This document shows positions 14,272-23,983 of a stretch of DNA of 64,000 nt, piece after piece; positions within the stretch are counted from its first letter, which is position 1; every line of letters begins with the position of its first letter. The stretch is from contig JAQGDQ010000108.1 of NCBI GenBank assembly GCA_030141605.1, positions 62,001-126,000 of the forward strand. Direction: 5' to 3'. Below the pieces are notes generated by a model. That model did no database searches. It was not told the DNA's origin and worked only from the letters and a program-made list of their open reading frames with translations. The translations under genes were made by a program, and so were the position numbers. This DNA comes from Tubiluchus corallicola. Taxonomy: Eukaryota > Animalia > Priapulida.

Positions 14272-14330
14272 CCGAAATTAAGCACACTGAGTCTAGTTAG
14301 TACGTGAATGGATGGGTCCCTGCTTAGAAA
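14272..14330 (+). mobile_element. 5S rRNA-derived fragment (SINE3-like head or 5S pseudogene piece)
   Basis: ccgaaattaagcacactgagtctagttagtacgtgaatggatggg aligns by eye with the 5S internal promoter region CGGAAGCTAAGCAGGGTCGGGCCTGGTTAGTACTTGGATGGG; the 5' third of 5S is absent. Confidence 0.45.
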
Positions 14331-15336
14331 GTTGCCTTTGCGATTTTTTCTACGGTAATGCCCCGGCTATTTACCTTATGGGGGATGATGTATGTATACT
14401 ATCCCAACGTCTCCTCCACAACCCTGTCGGTTCTCATGAGAGAATTGTCCTTAATAATTACATTCGTTCCTGTCTTGCCTGAAACATGGACATTAGATAG
14501 ACATTGATGCCGGTTAACGAATATCAGAGGTTAACTAACGATTTCCCATATTGAGTAACAATTTTAATACCGGCTAATATATTTCTCTGGTTATAATTTT
14601 AGACAGTAAAAAGAGGCAGCTACAGTCGTCTATATTACGATGATGTTGCAGTGGTTGCACACAATGCTATGAGCACATTTACAAGATGTAATAGACAGAC
14701 TTGTCATAAAAAGATTCTTGGATAACCAATTAATGCATGAGAGTTGCGCGGGTGTTATTATTTTATTGCGTCAATTCCACAATGACGTCATCAGCTAAAT
14801 TACCTTGCACGCATGCAACTTCTATCTTTCGTGATTAGTGCTTTAAAATGCCGTTAACCTGGTTTTTTAATCAACAACGAGAAAATATTATTAACTATCT
14901 TAGCGTGCATTATTAACAACAATTCTTTACGTCTTTACATTACTGCCTTCTCTTTATTACTTCCGTTACATACATTCGTTAGGATGAATAATTTTCGATA
15001 GATTATGCGTTAAGTTAATCACACGTCAGCGTTAAATATTTAATGCCACAGACAGCTCGACGGATTATGAGATTATTATAGACTAAGAGAATGTATTAAG
15101 ACTCTAAAATGAAGTGTGATTTGTATCACGGAGTGTTGTGTTTAAAATATTATGGCATTTGTACCAGAAATTACTTTCTAGTATTTTCATTTTCGCAGAT
15201 AATAACTTCAGTGAGCAATAGAGCAGTCCTTAATTATATTAAAAACCGTTTCTGCATTTAAAAAAGATGTTTTCACTGTAAGCAATTTACAACAATGATT
15301 ATCTAAGCCATCTTCTTCAAAATTCCTCTGACGTTA

Positions 15337-15397
15337 ATGCATATGCTTATTATTATATTACTTGTTATCCAAAATTTCAATTATTGCCCAAAAACAC
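15337..15397 (+). CDS. Candidate signal-peptide first exon of the neurotrophin gene
   Basis: ATG-initiated MHMLIIILLVIQNFNYCPKT ending in phase 1 at C|GTAAAC, compatible with the phase-1 acceptor at 17594. The donor is weak, so this is tentative. Confidence 0.3.
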
Positions 15398-15873
15398 GTA
15401 AACATTTTGATTGCTTGCTAAAGGTCAGCCATTAATATTAAGTATTAATAAGCTCACGTTATTACGCTAAACCTCTAAATGAGAGATTACTATACTGTAA
15501 TAGTTCTATAGAATACAGGTGTTGCAGCCTTTCATGTCATAATGCGTGTAACGCAAAAGTTTTGTATGGAATGTCGCCAAAAGTGAATACCTATATGACG
15601 GTCTTCGTTGTGGAAGCCAATGTTATGGCTCCCGAGGTCGTTTGCGGCTGCTTTTTTACAACATACAATTAGCCAAACATTAGAAAAGTTATTTATACCC
15701 AAATAAAATAAAAATGAGGGGAGAAGGCAAGCCCTTATATTCTACTTTCATGTGAGCCAATATAAAATACATGTAGATGTCATTGAAAAAAAGAAAAAAA
15801 TAGTAGCGAACATATTTTTTAAACGTTATTATACGTTTCACAAAAAGGGAAGATGCAACTAATTTTTGCCCCT

Positions 15874-16140
15874 TTCTCACACAAACGTTATCTTTTTAAG
15901 CATTTTTAGTTTGTTAAAATTTTGATTATTTGTCCCTTAGATATCTCACACAAACGTTATCTTTTTAAGCATTTTCAGTTTGTTAAAATTTTGATTATTT
16001 GTCCCTTAACATCTCACACAAACGTTATTTTTTTAAGCATTTTTTAGATTGTTAAAATTTTGTTTACTTGCCCCTTAGATATCTCACACAAACGTTATCT
16101 TTTTAAGCATTTTTTAGTTTGTTAAAATTTTGATTATTTT
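15874..16140. repeat. Minisatellite, four copies of a ~69-bp unit
   Basis: Unit tctcacacaaacgttatctttttaagcatttttagtttgttaaaattttgattatttgtcccttagata repeated head to tail with few substitutions. Confidence 0.9.
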
Positions 16141-17593
16141 TTTCATTTAACACTTAAAAAAGTATTCCACAATCTAGCTCATAACAAAATATAATAGATT
16201 AAACATAATTTTTAGATTAGTTTAGCCCGCGCACAAGGCGTTAAAAAAATCTCTCCCTTGTCTATACTGTTTATTAAAGCATAATCAACTTAGAAAAAAT
16301 TCTGAACATTAGGCAGAAGAGTTTACTATTTTTGGGTACACCTGTCCTCTTGTTTATCTTCAATCTAACTAAAATTTGAGCCGTTCTGAACATTTGATTA
16401 TCACACGAAACTCTCTTTGTTGCTTTTTCATTATAATTCGACTAATTTTATTCACCACTCGGATAAAAATTAGCAAGACGAATGTAAAAGCAATTTGTCA
16501 TAAGCAACCTGTTTTCTAAATAAGCCGGGCCAAACCAAATGCTGACAGTTAGGCGTTTGTTAAGGTTCATTATGAAACAAAAAGAGAGACAACCCAGACA
16601 TTTAATAGATTGGCCTGGGACAAGCAAGACATGAGGCAGACCAACCACTGACAAGTCCAGACTGAGCTGGAGCCAGACTCGCATTTATAACAGAAAAAAG
16701 CAAATCCTAGATGTGAAAAGACCCATGCACAGATCATGACCAAACCTGCGCTAGTTTGATACATAATGCATCATTTTTCTTGCATAACGGTTGCTACATA
16801 ATTACGTAAAATTTATTACAAAATGCCAAATTTTCTGGTTTGTTGCATAATGCTGCGTTGTTGCATAATGACCATGTTTGCTACGTTATTATGAAACCAT
16901 TATTATTATTATTATGTTTATTTACGTAATGTATTATTAACATGACAACGTTTTTAATAATTTTTAAAACAGCAATAATGCCCAACGCATTTTTGTATTC
17001 AGTAACAACAGTTGCTGGTTTATTTTCTGCTATTTGTGTTGTTCGTATTTTTGTAAAATATGTATTGTTGGTGTAGCTTGGTGTTGCTGGTGTGTAAGAA
17101 ATAGCTGAAAATATTGATTTACAAAGATTGGCTCAACGTCTACTATTTAGTGTCATTTCATTACGCTCTCGGATGTATAATGACTAAATACCTGTTACGT
17201 TGCTCGTATAATAAGATCTATTTATGTAATTTCATAACAATAAGTGAAAGTTGATTGTTTCCTACATAAGCCCATCAACTCTAGGCACCTATATCATATT
17301 TCGTTTCCCTTCACGGGTTATTTGTTAATGCTTTATTAATAGCACGGTTTGTTTTAGCATTACATGTTAAGTGAATTATTATATCAAATTAGCCGTGTTC
17401 ACATTAACGGATTTCTTTTTGTATTCAACGGAAAGTAGGAAGTTTTTGTCTAATACAAAGTAGTGCAAAATATTATATTATATATTATATATATTATATA
17501 TAAAATATTATACTAACGTAGTATGAATTAAAAATAATTTTTTTGTTTTAGTATTTTAGTACATAATATATTAATTGTTATTTTGTTTTTTAG

Positions 17594-17969
17594 CCGTAAC
17601 AGTCTTGGAAAAGGCGATGAGACATTTTCCGGCTCAAGAAAACGCAATTAAGTTCAACGATATTCAAGAGCAACTATTTTACCCATACAATGGCCGCATG
17701 GTGACGAAGTCAGAGCAAGTAACCAATGTTTTGAAGCCATTGCAAGCAGAATTTGCATATGTTCGCTGTCCGCAATGTTCTAAAGTAGCCGAAAAACTAA
17801 CAAAGACGAACGAGGATGACAAAAGCGTCTTAAAGCGCTTGTGGCAAGTAAGTAGCCATTTTCATGATAACACTTAAGTGATAAAATAATAAAATAAGTG
17901 ATAAAATAAGTGATAATAGCGATGATGATGTGATGTGGTGCTGATGATGATGATAATGATGATGACGAC

Positions 17970-18017
<48 letters not shown>

Positions 18018-18729
18018 ATGATGACGATGATGAACGATGACGACGACTACAATGACAATATATAACATGTTAAACTGCGTTACGCCGAAAGTAATGGTTT
18101 CTAGATAACACAGATTTATTAGCAAGAATAATCGTCTCATTTACTTGAGAAATTATATATTTTATTTAATGCTGTTCACTTCTGCAGGCATTCAATGTAG
18201 ATGTAGACGCAGAACCTGTCTTTTCGAACAAACACTGGCAAATACTTTCCAAGTTCTCAACTCGCTTAAACAGCAAATTTCGGCAGACAGCTGATACGGA
18301 GAAACTTATTAGACGTACGGATGATAATAAGTCAGTAGATGACAAAAGGACTTCAAACACTGATCACATAAATTTTGGTAAGCGAGCATGGTTGCCTGAA
18401 GACGTGTGTGAGACTAGAAGTGGTTGGTTACATGTGACTAATTCAACTGACATCAAGGGTCATGTGGTTACGGTGGTTCAGCCACCAGATAGTCGCCAAC
18501 AGTGGTTCTACGCCACCTGGTGTTCTGATGCGAGTGAAGGAATGCCCTGCTTGGGGATAGACCAAACAAGGTAAGTGATGCTGAACCAAAAAAAAGATCA
18601 AAATTGCGTTTCTTATCTTCGTTAAACTTTTTTATCACAACAATCATGCCAAAATTTTGTATCCGTCGGTCTTGTATTTATTCAATAAATATTTTCCCAA
18701 CTAAAACAGCAGGTCTTAGAGCAAAGGGA

Positions 18730-18800
<71 letters not shown>

Positions 18801-19159
18801 GTAGAGTTGTGCTAAAATTTCAAAAGTTAGGATAAACCAAAATGCAAGAAAGTGTAGTGCGTACATGAACCACTGGAGCATTCTTTGGGCAAGGGCAGCT
18901 ATTATAATTACATTGAGGCAAATGAGTTTAATCAAAGTGGTCAGACTGACTAAATAAATTTCTTAATTTTTGAAGGTATATGTCTCGATGCGAAACACAG
19001 ACTGGTTACGTGATGGCTTATGTGACACGTACCGAAGATGCACAATCAACAGCCGAGTGGAAATACATAGAAATTCCTACAAGTTGTAGTTGTGGCATAG
19101 CTTTGGTGCCAAGTGAAACAAGAAAGCGACAATTTTACGGTCATTTTTCCAATGACTGA
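17594..19159 (+). CDS. Neurotrophin (NGF-family cystine-knot) precursor; first exon uncertain
   Basis: Exons 17594-17847, 18188-18570, 18976-19159 (TGA), phase-consistent. Mature domain after GKR: EDVCETRSGWLHVTNSTDIKGHVVTV..QQWFYATWC..PCLGIDQTRYMSRCETQTGYVMA..WKYIEIPTSCSC matches the NGF pattern VCDSVSVWV..TDIKGKEVMV..QYFFETKC..CRGID..SYCTTTHTFVKA..WRFIRIDTACVC, with all six knot cysteines. Confidence 0.9.
17919..18050. repeat. (GAT)n imperfect microsatellite in neurotrophin intron
   Basis: Directly visible. Confidence 0.9.
18732..18799. repeat. (GA)n microsatellite
   Basis: Directly visible. Confidence 0.95.
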
Positions 19160-22100
19160 TTCAATTTTATTCACCCTTTAAACGAATGGTAATGATAATT
19201 AGTTCATTCGTGAGAAAGAATAACCGTCACAAGTGGTGACCTCCTGTTTTTTGGCGTATATACCTCTATTAATGTGCATTCAATAGCCTATACTTATAGG
19301 GCTGCTGAAAAGTCACTATACAATTTGAAAGCTTTTTTTCTCTTTGCTTTTTTAGCAAACTCTGGCATGAGTCAAAATCAGTCTTTTGGAATAAGCTTTC
19401 TCACAGTTTCGTTGTGCGCATACGCAGTTCTTGCAGGCCAACGGTTAAGTGTACCACAGCAACGCGTCTTAACTGAAATCATCACGTAAAATGTGGGTAA
19501 AGTAAAGCCATCTGCCGCACCTGTTCAGTGACGTCAGTTGTTTTACGTGGACTTTACTTAAATATGCATTAGTCTGTGCGTAGAGTGATTTACTAGCAGG
19601 ATCTTGCTTGGGAACAAGAAAAATGAACCAGGTAAGGTTCTAGCTAGCCGTTAAAACGTGTTAAAACTGTTTAATTACAATAGCTTGGGCTCGAGGCGTT
19701 GTCTGGTACATTTACCTTTGACCTTTGACGTTTTTACGATCATTATCAATCGCTGTAACTATTGTGGTGTGCAAGTTGCAACTGAGTCACAATTATTATG
19801 AGGATCTATAATTTTGTGAGTCTCTCAACGCAAACTTTCCCCGTCAAGTGGAATGACCACTGGCCAGTGTGGCCCTCTGGAATGGCACTCTGAGATTTGA
19901 TGTGTCTCGCTCTGCAATTTGTTAAGCAGAATTAGAAAAGCTTATTCAACCAAACCAAGACCTTCATGAAATTTACTCAACATTAAAAATTGACATAACT
20001 TGAAATGCTGATGTTAGAAATGCATGTGTTAATCATTAGTTGAAGTGCTTTGAAAAAAGTACCACATGTAGACTGTAGAGTCTACCAGCGCTGTAGTATT
20101 TCTCAGCAGTTTTGTTTAATTTGATGAGGTTTCCCAAAAGTTAGTATCTGTTTTCAATCATTTTGCTGTATTTGTTAAAATGTAAAAAACTGCAAAGTGG
20201 ATGGGTGACTTCTGAGGAGCATTCTATGCTATTATTGCATTTGACGTCATGTGGATAAAGTAAACCGTGCTTAAGCAGAGACGGTTATCCCGTTTCTCGA
20301 TTTGAACTCGTCATATCCCAAAATTACATGACATACTGTAGATCAGCAACTAGTTCTCTGTAGTTGCTGCAACGGTTCTGAAATAAAAGCCAAGAGCTTA
20401 GCTGATCAGATTAAAGGAGGCTGAACGTGTCCAATGACGTAAAACTATAACGTAAAACTATACATTTCCAAGAATATTCATATAGCCGTCAGTTCTTTAT
20501 CAATGCATCTCGGCAAAAGTTATAAAAAGCGCCACTTACTTCGACTCTATAATGGGTTACTATATGAGGAGAGAATTCCTGGAAATGCGTATAAATTATG
20601 AAGTGAATTAATTCTTAGTTCAGGTTTAATCCATTTATAGCAAAGAGTTGTGCTACAGGTTCCGAGATGTGAGACTCACGGAAAAATTCGGAAATCGATA
20701 GCGCACTGACGTAAGAAACACTGAGAAAATTATAAAGACATTCGAAGTAACTTTGTTTCTGTATGCGTGATGATAATACAGGGACACTGCCTTTAAGCAA
20801 TCCAGCTCTTATGAAAATCAATCCAGCTGTTAGGGAAATATTCGGCCTCTTGGCACTCAAAGCTCCATACTGCAAGTGTTTTGAATTTTAGACTCGCACA
20901 CTATTTTTAAACTAAGTTAAAATAAGCCCGTAGTAAATTTCGCATTCTTGTAGATTGACATGACTGCCATCTCGTAATATCTGTTAGACAAATGAAGTGG
21001 GTGCCAACGCTGCTGCCAGATGGCAGCAGTTACCTACCAGAAAAAGAACAACTAACTCTAAGCTGGTACTTTTTTATTAATACAGTATTATACACTGTAT
21101 ACACTGTAAGTTTGTAATTCAAATTTAACATTTTAACTAACATTTTAATAGAGTTGTTTATTTATGTGAGCTAAATTAAAATATGACATTGTTTTATTAT
21201 ATTTCACAGCATCTATTTAGACACTCATTCAAAAACTTTGAACATTAAGCAATAAATCATTTTGCTTTCAAATTCATTTTATACATTAACAAGATATTGA
21301 CGCGTTGACAGGTGCCCAGCACAGTGCGAATTCTTAAAGTTTAGAAAAAAATTAAAAAGTGTAACAATAACAATGAGCCTAAATATGTGAAAATTTATGA
21401 CATTATTGGTTTATTATAAAGTACGAAGGAACAAACTGTAATAATAATGACGATTGTTAGATTTTCAATTTCACGGCATGACTAGTGTTGCAAATCAAAA
21501 CAATTTCTATATAAAGCAGATGCTTGGAAGCATTCTGCCTTCCTACATCTGCGAAAGAACAAACAAATAAATAAACAAGTAAACTATTTCCAAATAGTTT
21601 ATAAATTATTTACTATTCATAAATAATTAGTAAATGATGACGAAACTAAACAGATTATTTTTTGTTTTTATTTTTATTATTTATTAAATAAACCCATTGC
21701 GATTATTACAGCATAGCATATAAAAAAATAATCTATTGGTAATAACTTAAAATTGTTTATTATGTACCCAAAGTGTCAAGCTGCAAATGGCTTACGGTTG
21801 TGGCAGAAGCGGCAGAAAAAAGTACTTGTTGAGAGCACCCTTTCAACCATGATAATGGTTAGGAAAAGGGAAAAAGGAGCAGTAAAGGAATGGAGAAGAA
21901 ACGTTATAGAAGAGAAGGAAAGAAATGTGTCATGGTAACTGTATGAAGTGACGCGAAGTATACAGATTGACGTAGCCAGCGACAGGATAGATCTCGAAAC
22001 GGGCAATGGAATTAATAAAACGAAAAAGTCAAAACTTATTGGGATAAGGAAAATGTCCGTATTTCGTTTCTGTAATTGTATACCAGGCTCAGCTATCGAC

Positions 22101-22512
22101 ACCTTGCTCTTCTCGTGTGCAAAAAAAACTGACTGAAAGGTAGTTTAGGAAGCTGCTGCTGGTGAAAGTGATCAAAGACGGACACTCAATACACACGAAT
22201 TGTCGCGGATATAATAGGATAAGTACTACAGTCACGGGTAGTGAAACGTACAAGCTTAGCTAATTTCCGTTTGGCAATAATTAAACTAGGTTAATGTGGT
22301 CTGACTGCTAATGAAATGAATCCGTACATGCAGTCTATTAAGCACAGGCGCTAACACGAAATTAGTTTACATAAATATGCAGCAGGTTTTTTTTATCTGG
22401 GGCAATAATCACGGGCTCAATGTGCTGTCAGTCGAACGGTCGTTCAACATGTGGGACAACCGCTAGTCGGTTGGTTGGTCAACTTAGTTAGCAGGACAAT
22501 CACCAGCTAACC

Positions 22513-22593
22513 AGTCAGTCAGTCAGTCAGTCAGTCAGTCAGTCAGTCAGTCAGTCAGTCAGTCAGTCAGTCAGTCAGTCAGTCAGTCAGTCA
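22513..22593. repeat. (CAGT)n tetranucleotide microsatellite
   Basis: About 20 perfect copies. Confidence 0.95.
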
Positions 22594-22980
22594 CATGTTC
22601 AGTTTGTTAATCGGTTAGTTGACCAGGTATTGAATTAATAGTTCAGTAAGTTGCGAATCGTTGTCAGCATCAATTTTCCCAAATCTTTAATTTTGATAAT
22701 GATAGATCTTACGCATAAATCAAGCAAGTGCACAGTGATTAGATAAACATAAAATACTATATATAAATAATGAAAAAAATATGCACAAAATTTACAGACA
22801 TGCTTATATATATGTCACGGCCATGTGATGCATGACCGCTAGCTAACTGGCCGATATACAGGGCCATTCATCACTATAAGATTTTGAACAGTATAGAAGC
22901 CATTGGATACTATGCATTATATACAAGGTCATTCTATCTAGGCTAATGTTTTACCCACTTCATTCAGGTACCGAGTTTTG

Positions 22981-23657
22981 TGTTGAACGGATGTCTATCC
23001 AGGCCGTTTTTACCTGGTCGACATAGTTAGTACTTTTCTTCTGTTCATCATATGTTTGAGACACGTTTTGTCTATGAGTTTTATTTTGGTCTTAATGGCA
23101 AAATTTAGTTGTTCTGTGAGAGACGATAGTTAAATGCACAATGACGTATCGACAACCTTTACGTAGCACCAGCACGACTCAGGAGTGAAGTAATTGCCCC
23201 GTCATACTTATTCACTTAGAGGAGCTCTCAGACAACCCACTCTGTGAGTGATTCTGAAACCTTCGGAGCATTGGTGGAGTATTCACATAGTGGTGGAGTC
23301 CGCAGTATTCTGGTTACGCTATTCGGCGGTAGTGGAGGCGCAGAGACCGACTACGATTCCAGATTAAACTGCTTGTAGTGTGTCAGAACTCGTGGATCGG
23401 CTACATGGTGGAGCATCCTCCTTATTCCAGTACGGGATCGTGGATTTGGGACTGTGAACCGTCCTTAGTGCATCCTGGAAGAGCCGGCCATCGGGAACTA
23501 CGTATAAACATGAGTATACTCCTTGCTACTTGTTAAATCTGGGCCCAGTAGGTATTATTTTCTCCTGTATGTACAATTGTTCTTTGCTTTGTTCTTATTC
23601 AATAATATACTGTATGATTTGCACAACATCCAGGTGTTTAATAGTTCTATTTCAATG
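22981..23657 (+). mobile_element. Probable solo LTR (Gypsy/BEL-like)
   Basis: GC-richer island starting TGTTGAA and ending TTCAA(TG), an imperfect terminal inverted repeat; flanked by tttg/tttg as a 4-bp duplication; internal TATAAA at about 23504 and an AATAATATAC polyA-like motif at about 23601; no ORF. Confidence 0.45.
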
Positions 23658-23983
23658 TTTGTGAAAACACTTTTACGATTAACTACTCAATGATTATATT
23701 TAGTAAAATGATCGAGTCCTATAGGAGAATTGCCCCAACATGAACCCAAACGCTTGGTGATGAATTTAGTAGAAATAATTACCCTGACATGTAAGTAAAT
23801 TTGGATTTGAGACTTTGATACTAAATTACCCTAGTCCAGTTATAATATATTAGTTTTAATACCACAAACCACCACAATATATATATTTACAACCTAAACA
23901 TAATACAAATACACTGGCCAATTTTGAAACACAATAAGCAAAATTATGTTAGCAACACATGTTTCACATTCTCATCAGTAATT

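Noticed and set aside
15874-16140. Regularly spaced repeats resembling a CRISPR array
   Set aside because: Units are contiguous with no unique spacers, there are no cas genes, and the context is eukaryotic; it is a minisatellite.
21776-22136. 108-aa hydrophobic ORF with a CxxC on the minus strand followed by AATAAA
   Set aside because: Starts at GTG, no recognisable domain or splice partners, and the composition is explained by a purine/pyrimidine-skewed tract; cannot support a gene.
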